From positions 21,512 to 85,511 of the forward strand of contig JARLIA010000013.1 of the NCBI GenBank assembly GCA_031291955.1: a DNA stretch of 64,000 nt, written 5' to 3'. Source of the stretch: Minisyncoccota bacterium (GTDB taxonomy: Bacteria; Patescibacteriota; Minisyncoccia; Moranbacterales; UBA2206). Under the pieces are notes generated by a model. The model did not search any database. It saw only the letters and a program-made list of their open reading frames with translations, and had not been told where the DNA came from. Below, piece by piece: positions 18,550 to 27,944 of this stretch; the stretch's first letter is position 1, and each line of letters opens with the position of its first letter. A program made the translations under genes and the position numbers.

Positions 18550-20175
18550 ATGCAAGAATATTTTAAAAAAATTATGCGGCAAAAAACTTTCTGGCTCCTG
18601 GTCGGGATAATCTTGGTCGGCGCATTTTTGCGGACTTATCAATACGCCAATTTCCTGCGTTTCAACCCCGATCAGGCGCGGGACGCCGGCATAATTCGCG
18701 ACGCAATCGACGGAAAGGCCGCTTTGCCGCTCCTGGGACCGAAAGCCGGCGGCACCAGTTTCCAATTGGGGCCGGTTTTTTATGATTTCGCGTATTTCTC
18801 CGCCAAGATTTTCGGCGCGGCGCCGGACAGGATGGCTTATCCCGATCTTCTGACCTCGATTTTGTTCCTGCCGCTTCTTTATGAGTTCGCGCGTAAATTC
18901 TTTTCAAAAAATATTTCCTTGGTCGCGACGGGGTTGGCGGCTGTGTCGTTTTATGCTGTGAAATATTCCCGCTTTGCTTGGAATCCCAACTCGACGCCTT
19001 TTTGGATCCTGCTGACTTTCTACGCTTTTTTCGAATTGGTTCGGTCCGGTCAGAGAAAGCGTTGGCTTTGGGCGATTGTTTTGGGTCTCGCGGCCGGTGT
19101 TGCCATCCAGCTGCATTCTTTGGCCTTGTTCTCACTGCCGGTCGTTTTTGTGATTTATTTTGTTTATCTTTTTTTCAAAAAAAATCCGGCTTGGAAATGG
19201 GCGCCGGTTGTTCTGGCTGTCGTACTGTTGGCTAATTCGTTCCAGATTGCGAGTGAAGTCCAGACTGGAGGCAAAAACATCCAGTCCTTTTTTCGCGGCA
19301 TGCACGCCAAAACTTCCCGCTCCGGAACGTTAGCGGATAAGTTTGTGCTCGACGCCGTCTGCCATATTCAAGGAGAGAGCTATATGATTCTCCCGATCGG
19401 CAACGACAGTCATTGCGATTTTATGGACGCGGCCGGCAGTTTACAAAAAAATAGCAATAATAATTTTCTTTTGTTGGGAGATATGCTTTTTGCCGTCATT
19501 TTTGTTCTGGGTGGATACTTTCTTCTTTTCCGAGCTTGGTGGAAAGAAACGGACGAGCGGAAAAAAATATTTTTGGAACTTATCCTGCTTTATGCGGTTG
19601 TTCTTTTCGTCCTGTTGATTCCTTTGGCCGACGAGATTTCTTTCCGCTTTTTCCTGGTGGCGGAATTTCTGCCGTTCATTTTCGCCGCTTTGTGGATCAA
19701 GTTTTTCGAAGAACGTCTTGAGAAAAAATACTTTATCATTGTTGTAGCTATAATCGTAGGTATGGCCGTAGGTACGAACCTGACGACTTTGACGGATTAT
19801 GCCGCCAATTTGGCCGGTGTTCGGGCACAGGGCTCCAACGGTTTTGAAGAGATCACGCTGGGCGAAGTGAAATACATGGCTGATTTTATGGAAACCAATT
19901 CGGGCGGCGCTAAGATTGTTTATGTCCAGGGCAGTGCTGCCGATCTTTTCGAGGTCCTAAAGCCGATCGAATATTTCACAAGTCCCTCCGGCCTCAAAGT
20001 GATCCAGCTCAAAAAAGGAAAAATTTTGGCGCCGATGGACAAAATTTTTCTCATCAATGTCATGAAAGATCCAACCAAGAAAAATACTCTTTCCCAAAGC
20101 ACTCTAGATAGCTATAGCGTCCTGGCTTCCGGCCGGTACGGTCGTGTCAAGATTTATGAATTGGAAATGAAATAG
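18550..20175 (+). CDS. GT-C fold membrane glycosyltransferase paralog 6
   Basis: Motifs FLRTYQYANFLRFNPDQARDA, LGPVFYDF, YPDLLTSILFLPLLY, SRFAWNPNS and QLHS. The internal ATG at 18550 (MQEYFKK) is preferred over the GTG-type start at 18487. Confidence 0.6.
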   Translation: MQEYFKKIMRQKTFWLLVGIILVGAFLRTYQYANFLRFNPDQARDAGIIRDAIDGKAALPLLGPKAGGTSFQLGPVFYDFAYFSAKIFGAAPDRMAYPDLLTSILFLPLLYEFARKFFSKNISLVATGLAAVSFYAVKYSRFAWNPNSTPFWILLTFYAFFELVRSGQRKRWLWAIVLGLAAGVAIQLHSLALFSLPVVFVIYFVYLFFKKNPAWKWAPVVLAVVLLANSFQIASEVQTGGKNIQSFFRGMHAKTSRSGTLADKFVLDAVCHIQGESYMILPIGNDSHCDFMDAAGSLQKNSNNNFLLLGDMLFAVIFVLGGYFLLFRAWWKETDERKKIFLELILLYAVVLFVLLIPLADEISFRFFLVAEFLPFIFAALWIKFFEERLEKKYFIIVVAIIVGMAVGTNLTTLTDYAANLAGVRAQGSNGFEEITLGEVKYMADFMETNSGGAKIVYVQGSAADLFEVLKPIEYFTSPSGLKVIQLKKGKILAPMDKIFLINVMKDPTKKNTLSQSTLDSYSVLASGRYGRVKIYELEMK

Positions 20176-20204
20176 CCGCTGGCCCGGATAATTTTTTTCT
20201 TGAA

Positions 20205-20237
20205 ACGCGAGTGCCTGTCATGGGCACGCGTTTTTTG
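20205..20237 (+). terminator. rho-independent terminator after the GT-C array
   Basis: ACGCGAGTGCC-tgtcatg-GGCACGCGT followed by TTTTTT. Confidence 0.55.
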
Positions 20238-20395
20238 TTTGGGGAAAATAGAATTCTTGTTGACATAAACCCGGCTGTGTGATACTTTATGAGGTCAGTT
20301 TTGTAATATCGGTAAATTCGCTTCCGTGCCGATTATGACCGAATTTTGGTTTCAAACAAGGCACTTGTCAGGGATTGGCGCGGAGCAGATAAAAC

Positions 20396-21766
20396 ATGTA
20401 CGAAAATCAAAACAGAACAACCGAGCAAGCCCTGTCTTATCCGATGATCCGGTTCTATCCGGCCAAGTCCCGTTTTGATTGGCGCGGTTTGTTTTATAAG
20501 TCCGGCATTGTTGTCTCCGGCGCGCTTTTGCTTTTTCTGATTATCCTTCTTAAATCCAAAACCACCAGCGACTTTGACCTTGAGCCGTTTCTTTTTTCTT
20601 ACGCGATCATCGTGACTACCTTTGAACTTTCCCGGGTGATTTCCGCCATGCTGTACGAAAAATCTTTCGAAAGTCTGACCCAGGAATTTCGGGACACTCC
20701 GGGCGGCGAGCCATATGAGCCGAAAATCGCTTTTGTCATTCCCTGCATGAACGAAGAGCGGGACATCGCCGACGCCATCATCCAATGCCACCAGCTGGAT
20801 TATCCGCGGGAAAAGATGGAAGTGATCGTGGTGAATGATGGAAGCACCGACCGGACGCAGCTGGTTTTGGAAGAACTCAAAAAATTCTATCCCGGGATAA
20901 AAATAATCAGCTGGGAAAACCAAGGCAAACGCTGGGGGATGGCGGCCGGTTTCAAAGTCTCTGACGCGGAAATAATTATCCAGTTGGATTCGGATTCCCA
21001 TGTCGACCCGAAAACTTTCCGGAATCTTTTGGATCCTTTCCGAAACCCCCAGGTTGGGGCGGTCTGCGCCCACGGCGAGCCGCGGAATGCCGACGAAAAT
21101 TTCGTGACCCGGATGCAGACAGCCTACTATTTCATGTCTTTCCGGATTTTGAAAGCAGCTGAGTCGACCTATGACGCCGTCTTTTGTTGTAGCGGCTGTT
21201 GTTCTGCCTACCGCAAGTCGGCCGTGATGCCGGTCATCTACCACTGGCTCGCGGAAACATTCTTAGGAAAACCCGTTACTTGGGGAGACGACCGGGCGCT
21301 CACTAGCTGGCTAATCAGGACCGACTGGAAGACTGTCTATGCCAAGGACGCCCTGGCCTACACGGTCGTGCCGGACACTTTCAAAAAACTGATGAAGCAG
21401 CAGTTGCGTTGGAAAAAATCTTGGATCGTCAATTTCTTCCTGACCGGAAAATTCATCTGGAAGAAGCAGCCTTTTGTTTCCTCTTTCTACTATTTCCCCT
21501 TGATATTTATCTCATTGATGACGCCGGTCATGACGTTTGACGCGCTCTTCTGGCAGCCGTTCGTAAAAGGTGTTTTTCCGATCTATCACATCCTTGGAAT
21601 CTTGATGCTGACGGGAATCATCGCGCTCTATTACCGCTATGTAGATCGGAAGAATAAATACTGGATATATCTTTTCCCTTGGGCGCTGGTCAATCTGTTT
21701 GTTCTTTCTTTCGTTCTGGTTTATGCGGCTTTCAAGATCCAAGACCGGGGCTGGGGGACGAGATAA
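20396..21766 (+). CDS. processive family-2 glycosyltransferase (cellulose/chitin/hyaluronan/PNAG-synthase-like)
   Basis: N-terminal TM segment, then a GT2 catalytic core (VIPCMNEE, VNDGSTD, QLDSDSH) and a QQLRW motif (QxxRW, hallmark of processive GT2 synthases), then C-terminal TM helices. Confidence 0.7.
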   Translation: MYENQNRTTEQALSYPMIRFYPAKSRFDWRGLFYKSGIVVSGALLLFLIILLKSKTTSDFDLEPFLFSYAIIVTTFELSRVISAMLYEKSFESLTQEFRDTPGGEPYEPKIAFVIPCMNEERDIADAIIQCHQLDYPREKMEVIVVNDGSTDRTQLVLEELKKFYPGIKIISWENQGKRWGMAAGFKVSDAEIIIQLDSDSHVDPKTFRNLLDPFRNPQVGAVCAHGEPRNADENFVTRMQTAYYFMSFRILKAAESTYDAVFCCSGCCSAYRKSAVMPVIYHWLAETFLGKPVTWGDDRALTSWLIRTDWKTVYAKDALAYTVVPDTFKKLMKQQLRWKKSWIVNFFLTGKFIWKKQPFVSSFYYFPLIFISLMTPVMTFDALFWQPFVKGVFPIYHILGILMLTGIIALYYRYVDRKNKYWIYLFPWALVNLFVLSFVLVYAAFKIQDRGWGTR

Positions 21767-21805
21767 AAAAGTCGAAAGTCCGTAAAGTTTATAAAGTCAA
21801 AAGTT

Positions 21806-23368
21806 ATGGAGCAGCACAATTTCAATGTTAAAATGACAAAGATTTTGATGGTCGTCCTGGTGTTTGCGGTGGTGATGAGCATGATCGGCGGGATGAATAT
21901 TCTCAAAAACAATTATTATTTCAATTGGCGCTTTTTGGATTGGAGCCGGAACTGTGTCCAGGCCGAAATTGCCTGGTACCGTTCTGGTGGAAATGTTCCG
22001 GTTGTTCCGGATACCAACAAAGCCGATCTGATTCCCATCTTGGTTTACCATGGTGTGATTTCGGATCCCAAATGGCGGCCAGACGGAGTCAATGTCAGCA
22101 CCCAGGAATTCACGGAGCAGATGTTCGCTTTGAAGCGGGCTGGCTGGCGGACCATCACGATGGAGGATTATCTGGCCTATATCGCGGGACAAAAACAAGT
22201 GCCGGAAAAATCGTTTTTGTTGACTTTTGACGACGGCCGGAAAGACAGTTATTACAATGGCGATCCGGTTATTCGAACAGTCGGCTATAACGCGGTGATG
22301 TTCGTCATCACCGGGCGCTCTTTGGGACCGGGCAATGAAACGCAACCCTTCCATCTTTCCCAGATAGAACTGCAAAAAATGGCGGACAGCGGGCGCTGGG
22401 AGATGGGTTCGCACACCCAAAACGGCCACGGAACCATCCCGATCGACGCGGCCGGCGACCAAGGGCATTTTTTGAGCAACCTGATGTGGATTTCCGACCA
22501 GCATCGTTTGGAAACGGTGGATGAATATAAAGAAAGGGTGACAGCTGACCTCACTGGCGCTCGGAATGACATTGAAACGAAGTTGGGCGTGGCCTCGCCG
22601 TCTTTTGCCTACCCTTACGGCGATCTGGGCCAGGGCTCGAGCAATTTTCCTCAGGGGCAGGTGATTTTGACCGAGATCGTCAAATCCATCTATTCAGCCG
22701 CTTTTATCCAGGTTGGCAACAATGATTTCATCACTAATACAGCAGATGATTCTTTCTTATCCAAACGGATCGGAATCGATTCGTCGGTCTTGCCCGGCCA
22801 ATTGGTCACCATGCTGGACAACGCCCGTTTCAAACCCTTGGATTACGCCGATAACTTCACTTCAGACAAAGGATGGCTGCGGGGCTGGGGCGGCCTTACG
22901 ATTGATGGCGGACAGATGCTAATCAGCACTACACAAGAAGACGACAGTGCTTCGACTTTTTTGAGCGGATCGTCTTTGTGGAAAAATTATATTTTCTCGG
23001 CCCGGATTAATGTGCTGAAAGGAGATTCGTTCGAGCTGGTCGCCTATAAAGACGAGAACAATTATGCCACTTGTGATTTTTCGGGGGATTGGGCGGCTTT
23101 GACCCAGGCGGCGGGCGGCGGCAGCGGACATGATCAGGAAATCGCAACCACTACGCTCAAAAACGCGATCGCGCCCGGCGCTGTCTTGGACGCGGCTCTC
23201 AAAGTGGAGGGAAACACGGCTACCTGCTATCTCAACGGGAATCAGATTTTTTCCGGCAACATCAGTGGCACTCTTGATCGACGGGGAATCGGTTTCAAGA
23301 CTTGGGACTCGCTTGGGACGGGCAGTGAATTTTCGGTGACAAATCTTAAAGTCAGCCAGGTTTTTTAA
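21806..23368 (+). CDS. membrane-anchored polysaccharide deacetylase (CE4/NodB-type) fused to a C-terminal jelly-roll (DUF1080/LamG-like) domain
   Basis: N-terminal TM; a NodB-like block (ILVYHGV ... LLTFDDGRKDSYYN ... His-containing blocks). The C-terminal 180 aa (GWLRGWGG...) resemble concanavalin-like/3-keto-disaccharide-hydrolase folds and the neighbouring ORF. Confidence 0.55.
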   Translation: MEQHNFNVKMTKILMVVLVFAVVMSMIGGMNILKNNYYFNWRFLDWSRNCVQAEIAWYRSGGNVPVVPDTNKADLIPILVYHGVISDPKWRPDGVNVSTQEFTEQMFALKRAGWRTITMEDYLAYIAGQKQVPEKSFLLTFDDGRKDSYYNGDPVIRTVGYNAVMFVITGRSLGPGNETQPFHLSQIELQKMADSGRWEMGSHTQNGHGTIPIDAAGDQGHFLSNLMWISDQHRLETVDEYKERVTADLTGARNDIETKLGVASPSFAYPYGDLGQGSSNFPQGQVILTEIVKSIYSAAFIQVGNNDFITNTADDSFLSKRIGIDSSVLPGQLVTMLDNARFKPLDYADNFTSDKGWLRGWGGLTIDGGQMLISTTQEDDSASTFLSGSSLWKNYIFSARINVLKGDSFELVAYKDENNYATCDFSGDWAALTQAAGGGSGHDQEIATTTLKNAIAPGAVLDAALKVEGNTATCYLNGNQIFSGNISGTLDRRGIGFKTWDSLGTGSEFSVTNLKVSQVF

Positions 23369-23409
23369 AAGGTGGTATAATCAAAGCAATCTTTCGGCAG
23401 TTTAAATTT

Positions 23410-24273
23410 ATGTTTTCTAAAAAAAGCGTTTCCCATTTTTCCCCCGGATATAGATTGATTCTTTTCGGAATCGGATTTTTGGTTTTGTTGGCAATTTTGG
23501 TGGGGATGGCCGAATATTATCTTCAAAAAACCGAAGTTTCAGTTCCGCCGGCCGGCACTCCTCTTCAAGAAACGGGAAAAATGAGCGCGAGCAAGAATGA
23601 TTTTTGGTGGCTCAATTCCGGCGGAGTCGTGTATATTGATGGAAACGTCATTTCGACCATCCAGGGAAACCTGGCTAAGGGTTCGAAGTGGCAAAAGACC
23701 TACGCCAAAAGCAATCCGCGCGACACCGAAAACGGTTACCAGCCGCAGAATATATTGCGCTTGGTTACTCGCCAAAAATTTCAGAACGAGACTCAGCGTT
23801 TATATTTCAAGATAAATAAACTTAATTTTAGCGCCAGTAAATTTCGCAACGAATCGAACGGCGTTTTGCTTTTTAACCGTTACCAGAATGGCAACAATCT
23901 CTATTATACCGGTTTGCGGGTAGACGGAGACGCGGTCATCAAAAAGAAGATCAATGGGACATATTATACGATGAAGGAAAAAAACCTCTGGACAAATGGC
24001 AGGCGATATGATAGAACAAATAATCCCGACGTTCTGCCGCTCGATGCCTGGATTGGCATCAAAAGTGAGGTGAGAAATGCGGCGGACGGTTCGGTGGATA
24101 TAAAGTTCTATGTCGACAAGGACAATAATGGTCAGTGGCAGCTGGTTTTGGAGGCGACTGATAATGGGAACAAATATGGCGGCGCGGCGATTGCAAACAC
24201 CGGCTACGGCGGGATCCGGTCGGATTTCATGGATGTTGAGTTTTGGGATTATGGGATTTCCGAATTGAAATAA
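23410..24273 (+). CDS. membrane-anchored concanavalin-A-like / LamG-like jelly-roll domain protein (DUF1080-like)
   Basis: N-terminal TM, then an approximately 230-aa beta-rich domain rich in N/G/Y/W with periodic hydrophobics. Similar in composition to the C-terminus of the preceding deacetylase. Confidence 0.35.
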   Translation: MFSKKSVSHFSPGYRLILFGIGFLVLLAILVGMAEYYLQKTEVSVPPAGTPLQETGKMSASKNDFWWLNSGGVVYIDGNVISTIQGNLAKGSKWQKTYAKSNPRDTENGYQPQNILRLVTRQKFQNETQRLYFKINKLNFSASKFRNESNGVLLFNRYQNGNNLYYTGLRVDGDAVIKKKINGTYYTMKEKNLWTNGRRYDRTNNPDVLPLDAWIGIKSEVRNAADGSVDIKFYVDKDNNGQWQLVLEATDNGNKYGGAAIANTGYGGIRSDFMDVEFWDYGISELK

Positions 24274-24370
24274 TTTTTTATGATTTTGTAATTTAGCGCG
24301 GTCTTTTATTTTTACTGTGCTAATGGCGAAATTATGTAGTTATTTTCAAAAAAAATCACAAGGAGGCATC

Positions 24371-25210
24371 ATGAAGAGAATTTCCGTACGCATGTTACTG
24401 GTAATGGTTGCCTGTGGTCTTGCTTTTACGACCGTGGCATTTGCAGCTCGGTTGCCAAAAGGCATTGTTGTTTTTACAAATGACGATCTTCAGACGGGTT
24501 CGCTGCCGGTCGCCGGGGTGTTTGCAGGGTATCACTTTGCGGTTACCGGATTTCCGATTATAGATCAGATTGGAACATCCGGTTTTGTCACACTAAAGCA
24601 AATGAAAAATTTGCAGAAGCAGGGGTGGGATTTTCAGGTCCACGCCTATAGTGACCAGGTTCATGCTTCGGGGTATTCCCGAATAAGCGACTGGGATATT
24701 TCAAGCGATATCCATTCGGCAATCGTGACCCTTCAGCATTGGGGATTCGGCCGGGCAACCGCCCTAGCTCCTCCCTTGGGCGATTACGGTCTGGGAGAGG
24801 GAAATATCGATACTGACCGTCTCGCTTCGATCCTTCGGGAAGATGGCATCATGATATGTCGCCAGGCCTATCCTGACGGGCAGGACATTGAAGACAGCAT
24901 CAACCGGATTAAAACTTTTGACCCGCTGAAGGTAAAGGTTTTCAGTGTAAAACAATCTACCGTCGGAGTTAATCCCGGCAGTGTTCCGGACCGATTTTAC
25001 GACCTGATCTGGTCCGCAGAAAACGAAGGCACTCTGATTGTCATTGCAACTCACGGTTCGGCGAATCATCCGGATCTAAGCGACGATTATACCGTGTCAA
25101 ATGCGGTGCTAAACAGCATCGCCAATTACGTATACAGGTCTGTAAAGGCTGGGAAAATAAGGGTGCTGCCTTTGACAAAAGCGGTATCGTTGTTTATGTC
25201 AGGCAAATAA
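24371..25210 (+). CDS. secreted polysaccharide deacetylase-like protein (CE4-like, divergent)
   Basis: AGGAGG RBS 5 bp upstream of ATG 24371; signal peptide; VVFTNDD in place of the TFDDG block, followed by His-containing segments (FQVHAY). Confidence 0.4.
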   Translation: MKRISVRMLLVMVACGLAFTTVAFAARLPKGIVVFTNDDLQTGSLPVAGVFAGYHFAVTGFPIIDQIGTSGFVTLKQMKNLQKQGWDFQVHAYSDQVHASGYSRISDWDISSDIHSAIVTLQHWGFGRATALAPPLGDYGLGEGNIDTDRLASILREDGIMICRQAYPDGQDIEDSINRIKTFDPLKVKVFSVKQSTVGVNPGSVPDRFYDLIWSAENEGTLIVIATHGSANHPDLSDDYTVSNAVLNSIANYVYRSVKAGKIRVLPLTKAVSLFMSGK

Positions 25211-25265
25211 CCTAGTCAGGCGGAGCGGTGAGATATTTTTCTCTTGCCGCTCCAAAAAATATTCC

Positions 25266-25290
25266 GAGTCTTAAATGACTCTTTTTTTAT
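25266..25290 (+). terminator. rho-independent terminator GAGTC-ttaaat-GACTC + T7
   Basis: Perfect 5-bp stem followed by TTTTTTT, downstream of 24371..25210. Confidence 0.6.
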
Positions 25291-25305
25291 TTCCAGCCGT
25301 CGCCC

Positions 25306-25333
25306 TTGACATTTTCTTGGTCCGTGCTAAACT
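25306..25333 (+). promoter_or_regulatory. promoter TTGACA-16 bp-(TGc)TAAACT
   Basis: Consensus -35 at 25306..25311 and an extended -10 TGcTAAACT at 25325..25333, 30 bp upstream of ATG 25363. Confidence 0.5.
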
Positions 25334-25362
25334 ATCCAGTCAATAATTTTTTTTAGAAATAT

Positions 25363-26355
25363 ATGAAAGATATATTCAAATCAAAAGCGTTCTGGCTGAT
25401 GTTTTTGATCGCTGCCGCGGTTATATTTATCGCGCTTCTCAATCTTAACTGGACTTATAAATCGCAAACTGACGTCTTGATTATTCCGCGGAGCGCGACG
25501 GCCGTTCAAAATTCCGACCAGATTTTGGATAATCTGGCTACTTTGCCGTCATCGCTATCGTTTTATGACAAGATGACTGCTGATGATCCGGCGGTCATTG
25601 AGGCCGGAACCAAATCTTTGCCGGAGGCCAAGAAAAAAGCTTATTGGGATTCGAAGATAAATGTTGAGCGTCTGCCCGGAAGCGGCGTTTTAGAAGTTAC
25701 GGCGACTGATGACAGTATGTCCCAGGCGGAAATTTTCAGCGGGCAAGCGGCCAAAGAGTTGATTGCAACCGCCGGATTCTATTATAATATCCAGACTGAT
25801 ATCGATGTCCGCATAATCGACGGGCCGATCACCCGCGAGGCAGGTGTCAACCCGGAGTATGTCATATTTTTCGAAAGCCTGGCAGGCAGTTTTCTGTTGG
25901 TGACTTTCGCCTTTTTCATATCCTTTTTCCTATTTGGAGAAAAAGAGAATTTTGCTTTCCCGCGGCCGGTGCGCTGGACGTTTACTGGCGAAAAAACTTT
26001 TTCTCCTTTACGAAAAGAAGAAGGCGGAGTAAAATTAGAGCCCGCTTTGAAAAATCAACCGAAAAGCGCTCAGGAAGAAAAAGCAGTACCGGTCGAGAAA
26101 GAAGCTTATTCTGTCGTCACCAAAAAAGCAGCCGCGCCGGCCAATCTGCCGATTGCCGAAGACGTTCCGGTTTTTTCCGTTCCTGCGAGCAAAGATAACA
26201 AGCCCGTTGTCGCTTCGGAGAAAAAAGGGGGAGGAGTTTTGCCGGAAGAAAAAAAAGAAACCGCTGAGCCGGAAAAGAAAGAGCCGATCATCAGGGAAGC
26301 CACGCCGGAAGAAGTGAAAGAGAGATTGAACAAGCTTTTGTCTGGGAAGTTATAG
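25363..26355 (+). CDS. Wzz-like polysaccharide co-polymerase topology protein with a low-complexity K/E/P/A-rich C-terminal tail
   Basis: TM1 at the N-terminus, a roughly 170-aa periplasmic-like segment and a second TM (FLLVTFAFFISFFLF), then a roughly 140-aa tail rich in E/K/P/A. The topology resembles chain-length determinants; sequence evidence is weak. Confidence 0.3.
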   Translation: MKDIFKSKAFWLMFLIAAAVIFIALLNLNWTYKSQTDVLIIPRSATAVQNSDQILDNLATLPSSLSFYDKMTADDPAVIEAGTKSLPEAKKKAYWDSKINVERLPGSGVLEVTATDDSMSQAEIFSGQAAKELIATAGFYYNIQTDIDVRIIDGPITREAGVNPEYVIFFESLAGSFLLVTFAFFISFFLFGEKENFAFPRPVRWTFTGEKTFSPLRKEEGGVKLEPALKNQPKSAQEEKAVPVEKEAYSVVTKKAAAPANLPIAEDVPVFSVPASKDNKPVVASEKKGGGVLPEEKKETAEPEKKEPIIREATPEEVKERLNKLLSGKL

Positions 26356-26397
26356 CTTTTAAGTTCCGCTCCGCTTTGTGGGGCGGAATAAAGAACA

Positions 26398-27765
26398 ATG
26401 TCCAAACCGCGTTCGAAAAAATTCTGGATTATATTTTGGTCCGCATCAGCCGTATTTTTGGCTGTTTTTTATTTTTCCCTCCAATTCAAAAACAATCCGG
26501 CCGGAACGATCGGCGCGGCCATTGATTATGTTCCTTGGCTCTCTGACAAAGCGGAATATAAATCGATTGCTTATTTTGGAAATTATCTTCTCAAGTCTGA
26601 CAATCGGGAGAAAACTTTCCTGATTCTTTTTCAAAACAATATGGAATTGCGTCCGGGTGGCGGCTACATCGGTACGTTTGGAATCTTGAAAATTAAAAAT
26701 GGAAAAATAATCCAACTGCAAACCAACGACCTTTCCAACTTTGACGGAAGGGAGCCCAATACTGTCACGCCGCCATATCCGATGGAAGAGGCTTTGGGAA
26801 TTAAGTCCTGGAAAATGCGCGATTCGAACTGGTCGCCGGATTTTGCGACCAATGCCAAAAAAGCCGAATATTTTTATTATCTCGGCCAGGGGCAGGAAAA
26901 ATTCGATGGTGTCGTAGCGATCAATACAAATGTCCTAGCTTCGTTTTTGAAAGTGACCGGGCCGGTCCAGCTGGATGGCTATCCGGGGACCTATGACAGC
27001 GAAAACGCCATTCTGACTTTGGAATATCAGGTGGAAAAAGGTTATGCCCAGCAAGGCATTGCCAAGGGAGAGCGCAAGACGGTTATGAATGCTCTGGCGG
27101 ACGCTATCATGAAAAAAGTTTTCACGCTTAACGCTTCTCAAAAAATCGATCTGGCCAAAATAATTCTCGGCGATCTCAATCAAAAAGACATCCAGCTATA
27201 TTTTGCGGATTCGCAATTGGAAAAATCGGCCAGAGCGGCCAATTGGGCGGGAGCGGTTGATCAAAGTTGGAGCAAGGACTATCTCATGATGGTTGACGCT
27301 AATCTGAATTCCTTCAAAAGTGACTATTACATTCGCCGCAGTTTTGACTACACCGTCGATCTTTCGGGCGACACTCCCAAGGCCGATCTCAAAATCACTT
27401 ACGTTCACACGGCAAAACTCGCTGATTGGATGACCAGGGACTATCGGTCTTATTTGCGGATTTACGTGCCGCAAGGCTCTTGGCTGTCCGGTTCCCAGGG
27501 TCTTTCCGATATTCAATATGGAGACGAGCTGGGCAAGAAATATTTCGGCTCGATCGTTCAAATTCCCATCGGAGCGACCCGGACTTTCGAGTTGAGCTAT
27601 AATCTGCCGAAAAACATCAGCACCAGCGATTACAATCTTCTCATCCAGAAGGAATCTGGCGTGGAAAATGTGCCGGGGAAAATAACCGTAATCGGCAAGA
27701 ACGGCGCCAAGAATGTTTATAATCTTACGCTGACGGGGGATTGGACGCTCAACAAGTCGAATTAA
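26398..27765 (+). CDS. DUF4012 domain protein (polysaccharide-locus associated)
   Basis: N-terminal TM and a LILFQNNMELRPGGGYIGTFGIL block that matches the conserved (L/V)LxQNNAElRPtGGfIGs core I recall for DUF4012. Confidence 0.5.
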   Translation: MSKPRSKKFWIIFWSASAVFLAVFYFSLQFKNNPAGTIGAAIDYVPWLSDKAEYKSIAYFGNYLLKSDNREKTFLILFQNNMELRPGGGYIGTFGILKIKNGKIIQLQTNDLSNFDGREPNTVTPPYPMEEALGIKSWKMRDSNWSPDFATNAKKAEYFYYLGQGQEKFDGVVAINTNVLASFLKVTGPVQLDGYPGTYDSENAILTLEYQVEKGYAQQGIAKGERKTVMNALADAIMKKVFTLNASQKIDLAKIILGDLNQKDIQLYFADSQLEKSARAANWAGAVDQSWSKDYLMMVDANLNSFKSDYYIRRSFDYTVDLSGDTPKADLKITYVHTAKLADWMTRDYRSYLRIYVPQGSWLSGSQGLSDIQYGDELGKKYFGSIVQIPIGATRTFELSYNLPKNISTSDYNLLIQKESGVENVPGKITVIGKNGAKNVYNLTLTGDWTLNKSN

Positions 27766-27795
27766 AAAATCTTTTGCGTAGCATTGAATTATAAA

Positions 27796-27830
27796 TTCTC
27801 CCGCATGTTGTAATACGGGAGAATTTTTTC
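27796..27830 (+). terminator. rho-independent terminator TCTCCCG-(12-nt loop)-CGGGAGA + T6
   Basis: 7-bp perfect stem followed by TTTTTT, after the DUF4012 gene; a TATAAT hexamer follows before rmlC. Confidence 0.55.
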
Positions 27831-27944
27831 GCGGCCTAATTCACTCCAATATAATGAAATAATGAAATATCATAGCATGCAAGAGAGGCGAATTGTCTGC
27901 TTTTGCTTTATCTTTAAAATCGTATTATCATTAAAAAAGAAAAT

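Noticed and set aside
20333-21244. 303-aa ORF on the minus strand
   Set aside because: Entirely antisense to the well-supported GT2 synthase gene (20396..21766). It has an Arg/Gly-rich low-complexity translation typical of shadow ORFs in GC-richer coding sequence.
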